A DNA stretch of 64,000 nt from Chiloscyllium plagiosum (GCF_004010195.1 NC_057718.1:93964039-94028038); one strand, 5' to 3'. Positions 48,101-61,639 are shown, counted from the first letter of the stretch. Notes: a model not told the origin generated them from the sequence alone. Made by a program: numbers and translations.

Positions 48101-48104
48101 ATAG

Positions 48105-48275
48105 TATTATAGAATCCCTACAATGTGGAAGCAGGCCATTTGACCCATCGAGCCCACACTTCAGCTCTCCGCTGAAGAGCATCCCACCCAGATCCATCTC
48201 CGTACCCTATTCCTATATCCCTATATTTTCCAAAGCTAAGCCACCTAGCCTGCACATCCATGGACACAATGGACC
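48105..48275 (-). mobile_element. HE1 SINE 3' part
   Basis: atagaatccctacaatgtggaagcaggcc...gcctgcacatcc. Confidence 0.8.
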
Positions 48276-48301
48276 TCACTTCTTTATTTTTCTACATATT
48301 C

Positions 48302-50632
48302 GAGTCATAGAGATGTACAGCACGGAAACAGACCCTTCGGTCCAGCCCATCCATGCTTACCAGATATTACAACCCAATCTAGTCCCACCTGTCAGCACTA
48401 GGCCCAAATCCCTCCAAACACTTCCTATTCATATACCCATCCAAATGCCTTTTAAATGTTGCAATTGTACTAGCCTCCAACACTTCTTCTGAAAGCTCAT
48501 TCCATGCACATACCACCCTCTGTGTAAAAAGGTTGCCCCTTAGGTCTCTTTTATATCTTTTCCATCTCACCCTAAACCTATGCCCTCTAGTTCTGGACTC
48601 CCCAACCCCAGGGAAAAGACCTTGTCTATTTATCCTATCCATGCCCCTCATAATTTTGTAAACCTCTATAAGGTCACCCCTCAGCCTCAGATGCTCCAGG
48701 GAAAACAGCCCCAGTCTGTTCAGCCTCTCCCTATAGCTCAAATCCTCCAACCCTGGCAACATCCTTGTAAATCTTTTTTGAACTCTTTCAAGTTTCACAA
48801 CATCTTTCCCATAGGAAGGAGAACAGAATTGCACACAATATTCCAACAGTGGCCTAACCAATGTCCTGTACAGCCGCAACGTGACCTCCCAACTCTTGTA
48901 TTCGATACTCTGACCAATACAGTGTAACGGAAAGCATACCAAATGCCTTTGTCACTGTCCTATTGACCCTCGACTCCACTTTAAGGAGCTATGAACCTGC
49001 ACTCCAAGGTCTCTTTGTTCAGCAACACCCCCTCGGACCTTATCATTAAGTGTATAAGTCCTGCTAAGATTTGCTTTCCCAAAATGCAGCACCTCACATT
49101 TATCTGAATTAAACTCCATCTGCCACTTCTCAGCCATTGGCCCATCTGATAAAGATCCCGTTGTAATCTGAGGTAACCTTCTTCGCTTTTCACTACAACA
49201 CCAATTTTGGTGTCATCTGCAAACTTACTAACTGTACCTCTTATGCTCAAATCCAAATCATTTATATAAATGACAAAAAGTAGTGGACCCAGCACTGACC
49301 CTTGTGGCACTCCACTGGTCACAGGCCTCCAGTCTGAAAAACAACCCTCCACCACTACCCTCTGTCTTCTACCTTTGGGCCAGTTCTGTATCCAAATGGC
49401 TAGTTCTCTCTGTATTCCGTAAGCTCTAACCTTGCTAACCAGTTTCCCATGGAGAACCTTGTCGACTGCCTTACTGAAGTCCATATAGATCACATCTACT
49501 GCTCTGCCCTCATCAATCCTCTTTGTTACTTCTTCAAAAAACTCAATCAAGTTTATGAGACATGATTTCCCTCGCACAAAGCCATGTTGACTATCCCTAA
49601 TCAGTCCTTGCCTTTCCAAATACATGTACATCCTGTCCCTCAGGATTCTCTCCAACAACTTGCCCACCACCAAAGTCAAGCTCACTGGTCTATAGTTCCC
49701 TGGCTTGTCCTTATCATCTTTCCTAAATAGTGGCACCACGTTAGCTAATCTCCATCATCCGGCACCTCACCTGTGACTATTGAAACAACTATCTCAGCAA
49801 AAGGCCCAGCAATCACTTCCCTAGCCTTCCACAGAGTTCTCGGGTACACCTGATCAGATCCTGAAGATGTATCCACCTTTCTGCATTTCAAGACATCCAC
49901 CTCTTCCTCCTCTGTGATATGGACATTTTTCAAGATGTCACCACTTATTTCCCTACATTCTATATCTTCTATGTCCTTTTCCATATTAAATACTGATGCA
50001 AAATACTCGTTTAATATCTCCCGCATTTTTCTGAGGCTCTGCACAAAGGCCGTCATGCTGATCTTTGAGGGGCCCTATTCTCTCCCTAATTACCCTTTTG
50101 TCTTGAATGTATTTGTAAATACCCTTTGGACTCTCATTAACTCTATTTGCCAAAGCTATCTCATGTCCCTTTTTGCCCTCCTGATTTCCCTCTTAAGTAT
50201 ACTCCTACTGCCTTTATACTCTTCTAAGGATTCACTCGATCCATCCTGTCTTTACCTGACATATGCTTCCTTCTTTTTATTAACCAAACCCTCAACTTGT
50301 TTAGTCATCCAGCATTCCCTATACCCACCAGCCTTTCCGTTCACCCAAACAGGAATATACTTTCTCTGGATTCTCATTTTCTCATTTCTGAAGGCTTCCT
50401 ATTTTCTAGCTGTCCCTTCACCAGCAAACTTCTGCTCCCCAATCAGCTCTTGAAGATTCTTGCCTAATACCGTCAAAATTGGCCTTTCTCCATTTAGAAC
50501 TTCAACTTTTAGATCTGGTCTATCCTTTTCCATTACTATTTTAAAACTAACAGAATTATGGTCGCTGGCCCCAAAGTGCTCCCCCACTTTTACCTCAGTC
50601 ACCTGCCCTGCCTTATTTCCCAAGCATAGGTC
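48302..50632 (-). mobile_element. CR1 LINE, ~2.3 kb, from the end of the endonuclease through RT to the 3' end
   Basis: GEHFGASDHNSVSF, PGNYRPVSLT, QHGFVRGKSCLINL, SGVPQGSVLGP, FADDTK, LRGDLI; several frameshifts. Confidence 0.97.
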
Positions 50633-50689
50633 AAATCCATGAAGATGATGCTAAACCTTTTAAACTTTGTTTCTTTTACTACTCAGCTT

Positions 50690-50795
50690 TTTGTAACCAG
50701 GTACCTTTTTAACCAATGTGTGGCGACATTATACACTTTTCATCGTACTCCTGTACTTGAGTACACATGACAATAAAATCTAAATTGAAATCTAA
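50690..50795 (+). mobile_element. LINE 3' tail (L2/Rex-like); a second copy is on the minus strand at ~44200-44520
   Basis: acttttcatcgtactcctgtacttgagtacacatgacaataaaatctaaat. Confidence 0.55.
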
Positions 50796-51179
50796 TTCAG
50801 TGTGGCAAATCCATCTAACCTGTACATCTTTGGACTACACCCAGAGCATTAACCAAGCCGTCTGTGACCCTCCCATCATGTAATCATCTACTTCCATTCA
50901 GATACCAATTTTTGGAAATTGTTATAATTGGGTGATCAGCTAGGGAGGGAAACAAATGAGATGATTTTAAATTATGATGAGAGTGCAAAGTGGACAGAAT
51001 TGGGTTAGTTGCTTCTGTTACATCTGCTCAAATTACCTCTCCACTGATTTCAGTGGAAGGACAAAAATGGTGAAGACTATAACAGGAAGCCTCTCTGATA
51101 GTCATCTTCTTTACATGGTCAATAAAAGTCAAAGTTACTTCCCCAACAACTTAATTTTTGAATTATTTTACGCAAGAAC

Positions 51180-51482
51180 ATTCTTGTGTCACTGGACTAG
51201 TCATCCAGCAGGTCTGTCTGAAAGGCCCAGAGACATTAATACAAATCCCACCATAGTAATTGCAGAATTTAAAATTAAAACAACCAAAACAAACCAGGAA
51301 TCAAAATCCAGTCTCATTCATGCATGGCAAACATGTAACCATCAAATTGTTATTAAAAATCCATCTGGCTCACTGAAATACTTAAGGGAAGGAAATTTGC
51401 CAAAGTCACGTGGTCCAGCATAAATGTGACCTGAGAGTCATAACATTAATCTTACTTTTAATTACCTCTGGAATTAGGGATG
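51180..51482 (+). mobile_element. LF-SINE-like SINE
   Basis: aaaaatccatctggctcactgaaatacttaagggaaggaaatttgcc...taaatgtgac...ggaattagggatg. Confidence 0.65.
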
Positions 51483-51504
51483 AGTGAAACTCGCAAGTCT
51501 TGGC

Positions 51505-51985
51505 AGCTGAACAGGCTGGAGCTGTTTTCCCTGGAGTGTCAGAGGCTGAGGGGTGACCTCATAGAGGTTTACAAAATCATGAGGGTCATGGATAGGGTAA
51601 AGTGACAAGACCTTTGTTCTGGGGTGGGGGTGTCCAGAATTAGATTTAGGTTTAGGGTGAGAGGAGAAAGATATAAAAGGGACCCTAAAGGGCAACTTTT
51701 TCACGCAGAGGGCGGTGCATGCATGGTTGAGCTGCCAGAGGAAGTGGTGGAAGATGGTACAATTACAACATATAATAGGCATCTGGATGAGTATATGACT
51801 AGGAAGGATTTAGAGGGATATGGACCAAATGCTGGCAAAAGGGACTAGATTAATTTAGAATATCTGGTCTTCATTGATGAGTTGGACTGAAGGCTCTGTT
51901 CCATGCTATACATCTCTATGACACTGTGGTCTTCATGGATGAGTTGGACCAAAGAGTCTGTACATCTCTATGACTATATGACTCA
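51505..51985 (+). mobile_element. CR1 3' part with a duplicated terminus
   Basis: gaggctgaggggtgacctcatagaggtttacaaaatcatg; two successive ...gagttggac...catctctatgac ends. Confidence 0.9.
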
Positions 51986-53427
51986 ATGCCACATTCTGTG
52001 AATGAATAAAAAAAGACAGAGGAAGCAAATCCTGGCGTCTTTGACCACTGGCCAATATTGTTCCGCAAAACCGAGCAAGCCACAAGCAATTTCCTTCAAT
52101 TCTGCTTAAAATTATAGAATCAGTCATGGGTAAGGTGTTACAGGATTTTGTGAATGGTCCTTGACTTGGAGGGGAACTTGCAGTTAACTGCATTCCTATG
52201 CCCTAGTTACTCCCATCCTTCCAGGAGGTTGAGAGTGTGGGTTTGAGAAGTGTGTCAAAGATAGCTAAATACAAAGCAATGAGGGTTTATGTTACATCCG
52301 GGTTATGGATGTGTTGCTTTATATGGCTATGAGACTTGTGGAAGGAGAAGATCAACTAGCTAGCTTTGACATATAGATCTGGAGGAGTTTGGAGAATATC
52401 ATTTGATCCAATGCTGATGAGAGTGAATGAACAATGACACTTGCTGAATGCAATTAGAGAAAGGAAAAATCAGGGCAGGGCACATCTTAAAAAGGAAATG
52501 CATGAGTAAGAAACATCATGGTTGGAGGAAATTACAAGGCAAAGGAAGAAAAGGAGGAAGTTAACGTCAATGCTAGATGGCTTGAAATCTGAACAAACAC
52601 GGAAAAGTGTGAAGACTGAGACAGATAGAGAGACAAGGCATGAACTGTGAGATTTCAGGCAGAGCGCACACGATGATGGATCTGAAATTAGTGACTGGTA
52701 GAAAAGAATGGGTATGTATCACAGGGAGCAGAGTGAAGTGAAAATTCCTGAGTGAGGTGATGTTGGGAATCTCAAGTTTCCGTTTTAATTCAATCGACTG
52801 GATTCTGAAATGCAATGCATTTCAGAAATGGGGCCTTGGTTTCAAATTAGTATAAAGGAAATGCAACATCATGAAAATCTTCATATTACGGGTGATAAAC
52901 ATATGGAAAGGACTCCCACATAGAGTAATGGCAGGGAAATCATTTCAGAATCAGTTAATTTCTGCGATGAATAGGCTTTAGTGTTATCCTCCATTGATAA
53001 ACTGTACTGGAATGGGACTTTTACCTTTCCTCAATCATAATTGCACTCTGACCTCCTGAACACTTCTGTGCTTGAAAACCTGCATAACGATGACAAGAGT
53101 ACTGTATTCACCACTGACAAAACCACCAGTGATGAGATCACCACCAAATGGTAATGGAAATATTACAATTAAGGAAATTGTTAGTCTTCCACAGACAATT
53201 CCAAATTTAGAATTCTCAGATGTCTCAATTTGATTACATGTTGATGTTAACACCAATGTATAGATTGTTTTTATTGGATCGCTGAGCTCACACATTAAAG
53301 AATATTGCAATAATTTTAATATCTGTATTTGGAACAAATGTTATATCCATGTGCAATTTTGTTTCGATAGGGATTGTAATATGAAGCAGAACGTAATATG
53401 ATTTATGCAGTAGTGTGTGCAGAGGCT

Positions 53428-55100
53428 AGTGAGTTTTGAGAAGATTTGTAGCTCAGGTTGAGGTTCTGGATGTAGGTTTGCTCGCTGAGCTGGAAGGTTC
53501 ATTTTTCAGATGTTTCGTCACCCTACTAGGAAACACCTTCAGTGAGCCTCCAGACGAGCCATTGCTAATAATTCCTGCTTTCTATTTATATGTTTGAGGT
53601 TCTTTGGGTTAGTGATGTCATTTCTTGTGGCGATGTCATTTCCTGTGGTGATGTCCTTTCCTGTGGTGATGTCATTTCCTGTTCTTTTTCTCAGGGGGGT
53701 GGTAAATCAGGTCCAAGTCAATGTGTTTGTTGATAGAGTTCCAGTTGGAATGCCATTCTTCTAGGGATTCTGGTGCATGTCTCTGTTTGGCTTGTCCTCG
53801 GATGGATGTGTTGTCCAGTCAAAGTGGTGCCCTTCCTCATCCGTATGTAAGGATATTAGTGAGAGGGGGTCTTGTCATTTTGTGGTTAGTTGTTGTTCAT
53901 GTATCCTGGTGGCTAGTTTTCTGCCTGTTTGTCCAATGTAGTGTTTGTTAAAGTTACTGCATTGTATTTTGTAAATTACATCAGTTTTGCTTGTTGTCTG
54001 TTTAGGGTCTTCCAAGTTCATTAGCTGCTGTTTTAGTGTGTTGGTCGATTTGTAGGGTACCATGATGCCTGAGTAATCTGACAGTCATTTCTGAGATGTC
54101 TTTGATGTAGAGGAGTGTGGCTAGGGTTTCTGGATGTGTTTTGTTTGCTTGTTTGGGTTTGTTGCTGAGAAATCTGCAGACTATGTTCATTGGGTACCTG
54201 TTCTTTTTGAATACACAGTATAGGTGATTTTCCTCTGTTCTGCATAGTTCCTCTGTGCTGCAGTGTGTGGTGGCTCATTGGAATAATGTTCTGATGCAGC
54301 TTTGTTTGTGGATATTGGGGTGATTGCTCCTATAGTTCAATGTTTGGTCTGTTGTTTTCCTGGTTTGAAGTTCCCCACTGGCTGTTCGCTCTACTGCGAC
54401 ATCGAGGAATGGCAGTTTGTTGTTGATTTCCTCTTCTTTAGTGAATTTTATGCCTGTAAGCGTATTATTGATGGTCTTGAAGGTTTCCTCTAATTTGTTT
54501 CGTTTAGTGATGACAAAGGTATCATCCATGTGGTGGACCTAAAGTTTGGGTTGGATGGTTGGCAGAGTTATTTGTTTCAGTCTCTGCATTATTGTCTCTG
54601 CTATGAACCCTGATATCGAAGATCCCATGGTGTTCCATTGGTTTGTCTGTAGGTTTTGTTGTTGAAGGTGAGGTGCGTGGTAAGGCATAGGTCCACTAGA
54701 TTGATGATACTGTCCTTGCTGATGAAGTTAGTGGTGTTTGGTGTATGTGTCTTTGGGTCTTCTAATAGTGTAGTCAGTGTTTCCTTGGCCAGGTTGATGT
54801 TGATTGATGTGAACAGGGAACATCAAAGGAGACCATTATTTCATCCTCTTCTATCTTCGTGTCTTTGATGGCCTTCAGGAATTCTTGGGTGGAGTGGATG
54901 GAGTTGAGTGAGACTTCTATTAAGTGTTTTAGTCTTTGGTGTAATTCCTTGGCCAAACTATCAGTTGGTGTTCCAGGTAGTGAGACTATGGGTCTGAGTG
55001 GGGCTCCTGGTTTGTGAATTTTGGGTAATCCGTAGAAGGGTGGTGTGTTGGATCCATTTGGTTTCATTTTTTGGAAGTTGGTCTTATTTATTTCTCCAGA
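53428..55100 (-). mobile_element. decayed Penelope-like retroelement (RT + GIY-YIG + pLTR), family C-related
   Basis: FYGLPKIHKPGAPLRPIVS, MVSFDV, PMGSSISG, MDDTFVI, LPFLDV, VIYKIQC...HYIGQTGR; pLTR with ctgaagg...gacgaaacatc. Confidence 0.93.
53612..53682. repeat. 18-bp minisatellite, ~4 copies, inside the PLE
   Basis: (gtgatgtcatttcctgtg)n with small variants. Confidence 0.9.
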
Positions 55101-55104
55101 TTTA

Positions 55105-55370
55105 AGGGGCACCAATTTAAGATTGCGATGAGGAGTAATTTCTTCTCTCAGATGGTTGTGAGTCTTTGGAACTTCTTTCCATAGAGAGCTGTGGAGACAG
55201 AGTTCTTGTGCATATTTAAGCCTGTTATAGCTTTTTGAACATATGGGGAATCCAGGATTACAAGAAGCGTCATGAGAGTGGACATCAGGAAAGTCAGATC
55301 AGCCAACATCCTATTGAATGGCAGAACAAGTTTGAAGGGCTGAATGGCGTACTCCTGTTCCTTTTTCATA
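55105..55370 (+). mobile_element. CR1 3' fragment
   Basis: gatgaggagtaatttcttctctcagatggttgtgagtctttggaac...gggctgaatggcgtactcctgttcct. Confidence 0.8.
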
Positions 55371-56209
55371 GGGTGTCATTAAGTCGGGTATATCACAATC
55401 ACTTTAAAACTTATGTATGTATGCACAATTTTTATGTTTCCATCAATTTTGGTCAGAATCAATTTGAAAATCATGCATTTAAACCTGTAAAATGTTGGAA
55501 AGATTGTGTTAAAATATCATATATATTTAAACACTTAAAATGCCAGATAAAGCTTGTTAAAAATTATATACCTTTAAACATTTAAAATAAGATCTGACAA
55601 ATCTTGCCGAAAGAAAACTTACACATTAACATTTTAAACGTCTGATAAATCATTTAGCGTCATAAAAATCTCGTAGTATAAAGCAATTTAAAAAGTTTGT
55701 TAAATTTGAGGAGAGTTAAAACTAGCCAACTTGCTGTTTTGCAAGTTCCAATCATCCCTCTATGTTTATTAAATATTTGTGAACTGCTTTGAGAGGATCC
55801 CTGCCCCTATAAAGGACAAAAGAAAATACCATTATGACTGAGCATTTAACTCAAAGTCTTGGCAATGGTCCCTTGTTCTATTCTAAAGCTGATGTTCATT
55901 GAGCTCAAGAAGGGGCAATCTGGAAGAGCACAGAATAACACGTCAGTTTTGAGGTTTATTTTTTTATATTCGTTCACAAGAAGTGGGTGTTCTTGTCCGA
56001 TGTATTGCCATCAAGGTTTATCATGCTGCAAGATCCATCCGGTAGATTTTCTGCCACATCCTCATTCCTGATAGGTCTCTACAGTGCTTAATTGTGTTGG
56101 AAATCTGCTTGGCAGTCAAAGGAGAAGAGTCTCTTGTCTTAACCAAGATGTGGTTCATTGTATGAAAGCCATTGGGTCCGACACTGGTATGATAGACGCC
56201 AACTGAGAC

Positions 56210-56341
56210 TTCATTCCTGAAGAAGGGCTTATGCCCGAAACGTCGATTCTCCTGCTCCTTGGATGCTGCCTGACCTGCTGCGCTTTTCCGGCAACACATT
56301 TTTCAGCTCTGATCTCCAGCATCTGCAGTCCTCACTTTCTC
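56210..56341 (+). mobile_element. young PLE family A single arm
   Basis: 13-bp TSD cgccaactgagac at 56197-56209 and 56342-56354. Confidence 0.93.
56215..56246 (+). ncRNA. minimal hammerhead ribozyme motif (family A), intact core
   Basis: tc-CTGAAGA-a-gggc-ttat-gccc-GAAACGTC-ga. Confidence 0.8.
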
Positions 56342-56559
56342 CGCCAACTGAGACAATGAAGGAGAGTTGGATGTTAGGTCTTACTCTTTCAGGATTCAAC
56401 CTATCCCACCCCATCGCCCGACTCATGTGACATAGAATCATTGAAGCACACTGCACAGAAGAGACCCTTCAATCCATTGAGTCTGTTATTGAGTGGTGCA
56501 TAACGTACTCAACATTAACCTATTCAGACCATTACATCCTGATACAACAGGCACTATTG

Positions 56560-56920
56560 TTAGACCACAATTTATTGTCCATCTCAAGTAAAACTTGATT
56601 AGACAGTGCTGACCCATCTTCTTAAACTACAACAGTCCATAAGAGGTAATGACACCTGCAGTTCTATTAGGAAGTGAGTTCCAGGGATTTGTATGCAGCA
56701 ACAGTAAGGAACAGCAATATACTTCTAAGTTAGGATGCTGTGGGCCTTGGAGAGGAACTTGCACATTGTGGTGTCCCCATGTACCTGCTGCCCTGATCCT
56801 CCTGGGTTGTAGAGGTATTCAGGTTTGGCAGGTACTGTCAAAAAAGCCATCAACACATGGTGCAGTGCATTGTCTAAATGGTACACATGATTGTCATTGA
56901 GTGTTGAAGATGGAAGAAGT
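56560..56920 (-). mobile_element. LINE family 2 3' fragment
   Basis: gtggtgtccccatgtacctgctgccct...ggtttggcaggtactgtc. Confidence 0.65.
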
Positions 56921-56949
56921 GAATATTGATAGTGGTGTATATATCCTTG

Positions 56950-57350
56950 TTTGAGACTCCCCCACTAATGAAAAAAAAATATTAACATCTACCCTCCGCG
57001 GAATTTTACATGCTTCAGTAAGATCACCACTCATTCTTCCAAACTCTAATGAATAAAGGATTAACCAGTTTGTCAACCTCTTCATCCCAAGAATAAGCTG
57101 AGTGAATCTCTTTTGATTCCTCCAATATGCTTTCTTAAATAGTGGGATTAAAACTGTGCACAGTACTCAAGGTCCGGTCTCACCAACATTCTGTACAATT
57201 GTAAACAAGACTGCCTCTTTTTGAACTCCAATTCTTCACAATAAGGGCCTAAGTTCCATTTGTCTCATAATTACTTGCTGCATCTGCATGTTAACGTTTT
57301 GATTTCATGCACAAGAACATCCAGATCTTCCTGTGCTATAATTTTAACTC
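56950..57350 (-). mobile_element. old CR1 fragment
   Basis: YSLEFGRMSGDLTEACKI; aactgtgcacagtactcaaggtccggtctcaccaa. Confidence 0.75.
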
Positions 57351-57429
57351 TGCTTGTAAATCCACTATTTAAAAAAAGGGAGGGAGAGAAAACAGAGAGA
57401 ATTTCAGATGAGTTAGCCTCTCTTCAATA

Positions 57430-58625
57430 GTGGACAAAATGCTTGTGTCTATCATAAAAGACATCGCAATAGAAAAGTTGGAAAGCTTTAATGAGTCAGC
57501 ATGGGTTCAGGAAAGGCAAATCGTGTTGAACATATTTACTGGTGTCCTTTGAGATGCAAGTTGTGGAATAGATAAGGGCAAACCAATGGATGTGGTGCAT
57601 GTGGATTCTTCAGGAGGTCCCACATGAGGAACAAGTGAGCAAAGCTAAAGCACATGGTACAAGGGGTAATATATGGGCATGGATTGAGGATTGGTTGACT
57701 GACAGGAAACAGAAAGTAGGAATAAAGATTTTTATTTTGCAAGTGGCATTCAGTAAGCTGTGAAATAGATACTCACAATATACTCACTTTCCTGGATGAG
57801 AGAACCAAATGCAACATTTCCAAACTCACTGATCCCAGAACTTCTTTCAAGTCTCATTCCCGAGATAACTTAAGGTCTTCTATCAAAAAAGGGTGCCATC
57901 TTCACATCGCAGTTAAACATGGCCTTGGTGAGACCACACCTGCAGTATGGTGTGCATTTGGTCTCTTTGCCTAAGAAAGGATAGACTCGCTACAATACAT
58001 TCAAAATCATGTCCTTGCAAATTTGCCTGGACAATCACCCTGGCAAAAACTCACATCATTATGTGATGCACCTGGGAAACACAGTGATTTTTTATCTTCC
58101 AGCAAGAATCTCATTTGAAATTTTATGCCAAGCAATAACTGCACGTGCAAACACATTCTAAGAAGGGATATATTCGCCATAGCGGGATTGCAGTGGAGAT
58201 TCACTCAGCTGATGCTAGGGATGGCAAGACTGTTCAACTCACCATGTATTCTCTTGGGGTTAGAGGATTGAGAGGGAATCTGCTGAACATTGATTGTATA
58301 AAATTCTAACAGGGCTGAACAGGTTAGATACAGCAAGAATGTTTTCCATTCTTGGGGAGTCTCCAACCAAGGAACACAGATTCAAAATACAAGGTAGATC
58401 GTTTAGGACTGAGCTGAGGAAACATGCCCTCAGTGATAGTCAGCCTACAGAACCCTCTACCTCTGAAGGCTGAAGTCACTGATTATATTCAAGAAAATGA
58501 TAATGTTGTTAGATTTCAAAGATACTAAGAGATCTAGGGAGAAAATGGGAATATGGCAATGGGATAGAGGATGAGTAATGATCATTCTGATTGGCAGAGC
58601 TATTCCTGCTCCAGGTTTCTATGTC
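57430..58625 (+). mobile_element. old CR1 fragments
   Basis: agtcagcatgggttcaggaaaggcaaatcgtg (SQHGF.KGKSC), ttggtgagaccacacctgcagtat, and the 3' region. Confidence 0.75.
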
Positions 58626-58719
58626 CATTAAAGGCTGCCAAGCAGCCAAGGTTAATAACAAAACCAACTTTTTTTTTGCCTGTTTGGTTAAGAAGCAGAG
58701 CGAGAGACTAAAAAAGACT

Positions 58720-59420
58720 CAGCTGTCCAACAACACATGTCAGCTTGTTCAGTGACATTCAGTTTGGGTTCCGCCAGGGCCACTCAGCTCCTGACCTCCT
58801 TACAGGCTCGGGTCAAAGATGGACAAAAGAGCAGAACTCGAGAGGTACAACCCTTGTCATCAGAGCCGCATTCGAATGAGGAGAATCTGAGGGGTTGTGA
58901 AATGGTGCTGAACATTCTGCAATCATTGACAATCATCTCACTTCTGACCTTATGATGGGGGGAAAGTCATTGACAACAAAGCTGTGAATGGTTGTGCCTA
59001 GGGCACCACCCTGAGGAGATAAGATACTTCGTAGTGTGGTGGTATTGTCCATATCTCTGAGCTGGGAGGCCAAGGTTCAACTCCCATCTGCTCTAGAGGT
59101 ATATAATAACATCTCTGAACAGGTAGATTAGAAAATATCCATGCTGAGGAACTCCTGCAGAGATGTCCTGGAACTGAGACAACTGACCTCCAACAACCAC
59201 AACCATCTTCCTACGTGCCAGATATGACTCCAAACAGTGGAGAGTTTATCCTGATACCCATTGGTTCCAGTTTTGCTGGGGCGCCTTGTTGTCATACTCA
59301 ATCTGATATGGCCTTGATGTCAAGGACTGTCACTCTCACCTCCCCTCTGGAATTCAGCGCATTTTTCCATATTTGAATTAAGGCTGTGATGAGGTCAGAA
59401 GCCGAGTGGAACCCAATCTC
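58720..59420. mobile_element. LINE family 2 internal fragments in both orientations, plus a tRNA-like head at ~59025-59135
   Basis: QFGFRQGHSAPDLL (+, ~58760); GFHSASDLITALIQIW...VLDIKAISD (-, 59300-59420). Confidence 0.65.
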
Positions 59421-61639
59421 AGCAAACAGAAACAGCAGGTATGCAACATTACTATGTGCAACTCTGAGGGATTTCAAGATTGCTGTCTCACTATCCTTTT
59501 TAAACGTTGCGGCTGAGGGAATCACTGACTAAGTCTGCATCATGTAAGCAGATCGTGTCATGAATTTACGATCATGACTTGACAAATAATACAGGAGCTC
59601 ACATTTATATCGTGCTCTGTAAAAGTCTCAAGATGTTTCTGGGGAGCTTAATCAGACAAAACTATGTTGACGCGGAGTCAAAAGTAAGGACAGATGAATG
59701 ACATAGATTTCAAGGAGACTCTTATGGAAGGAGAGCGAGAGATTTGGAAAGGTCTTGCCCTGGGTAGCAAGCAAGATTGACTTCAGCTAAATTTGCCTGT
59801 GCAAACACTTTTGGCCTAAGTTCTGTAGTGTTCCAGGTGAGCCCAGTTCATTTTTTGGATTAAAAAAAAGCCACAGAGACTTGCTCTACTTTATTAGCTT
59901 ACCTATTCAGACAATAATGGACTATATTTCCACTATTACAATTATTCTCAACTCTTACCAAAAGTCAGGCTCTGCTAAACATACAATCACATTTTTCTGT
60001 TCCCAAAAAGCTTATCACTCTTCAAAGTCAGAAGTTTAGCCTGCTATTTTTGGACTGCACAGCTCCAGCATTTGATTAATCATTAATAGTGCCAGCACAA
60101 TTTTCTTCAAATCCAACTGCAGAATATAAAAAAAGGTGGGTGAACTCTTCAAACTGAGAAGCTAAAAGAATTGTTATTCATTCCACCTTCAAAATAAAAC
60201 TTGGAAAGCTGCTTCAGTTTTATTTTTGCAATCATGGAACATTTAAACTGCCAGATTTTTTTAACTTCAAAAACATATACTTTGTTCATAAAATAAACTC
60301 TTTGGGTAGATACATAGCCACAAACGCAGTTTGGTTTTGTATAGTAATGTATCAAGGAAACAAAGAAACATTTGAGTTTGACTCTATCCAAACAAACAGG
60401 ACACCTCTTGTACATACAAGACTATGTTTACATGCATTTGAGGTGCTATGAGGGTCTGATAATTGAACAACCAGTTTGAAAGAAAACCCTATCATACAAC
60501 TGCATTCTTTGCAAGCAGTTTATGCAGAGTTTCATTCAATAGTTGGGCCTTCTCCCAGTACAGTTGAAGCAATATTTTATTTACTTATTCAAAAATTTAG
60601 TGGCGTGTTTATATTTTAAGTGACTTAGCTCCCAGCTGATTTAAATGGTGTTATTTAGATATAATTAAGCTCCTGTTGTCCTTATTGTTTGTGTACCCAG
60701 TCCATGATATGCTGATTGTTTTCAGTCCTTCTGCAACTTTTTTTTAATATCTTTATTTCTTTTCCTGTTGGTTCTTAGTATTGACTCAGAACTCTTTTAT
60801 CATCTTTCACTGATAGACTGTATTTTATTGGCCAATTTAATTGCAGAGGCTTTGGATTTGAACACATTGCAGTAATATATAAATATAAATATTTGAACAG
60901 CGTATGACAGTCTGGAGTCTAGTTGCAGCCCAGAGTAAGGAGTAAAGATTCCTGGCACCACTAGGTGGACTGTGGAGCACCAATTGTTGACCTGGTCGCC
61001 AACTTGTGCAGAGACTGTCAGTGCTTTAGCCAAACCGTTCCCATGTTAAGCACATTATTTAATTTCACCACAATCCCTTCACTTCTCCTTTAAGAAATAT
61101 CAGAGGCAAACAGCATTTTCTCAAATAAAGGTTGAGAATGGCTGATGGCACAATTTGTTGGGGTACATGCAATGTCATTAAATTTGCTTTTGCCTGCCAG
61201 TCTATATACACGCTTGACGGATTTTTAAGACTTCAGTTAACCTGGGTCCTGTTTGCATTTTGGAGCACGCCAAAGGTTTGGGGTGCCTTTCTTCTTTCAA
61301 GAAGGGGAAAACGAAATAATATTTTCTCTCTCTGACTCTGTGTGTGTGTGTGAATGAAGTTGGGACCAGAGAATGGGGGTGGTGTGTGTAATGGTGAGAG
61401 GCGTCGGACTTGAAATGCGTGATCGCCAGGAAGCAGAAAAGGGAGGCAAACAGTGCAGCTAATTTAGCCAGGCATAGCTAGTGCTGTTTGTGGTTGTCCC
61501 TGACAGCGGTGCTGACTCTACAGCACCTGTGTTTGCTCACTAGCTTTTCTCAATCTTCTGGAAAGTAGCCTCAGCATGTCACATGGCGACGAAATAGTCC
61601 ACGCACCATGGGAATACAAAAGCTAGGGCTTTTAGCACA

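Noticed and set aside
49914..50453. 179-aa hydrophobic plus-strand ORF
   Set aside because: Antisense to the Lys/Arg-rich part of CR1 ORF2.
50974..51423. 149-aa ORF
   Set aside because: Runs into an LF-SINE-like repeat and has no recognisable domain.
53612..53682. CRISPR-like array
   Set aside because: Head-to-tail units without spacers, inside a eukaryotic retroelement.
60955..60972. CTCF-like caccactaggtggactg
   Set aside because: Lacks the conserved C after GG; a single imperfect match in 64 kb is unconvincing.
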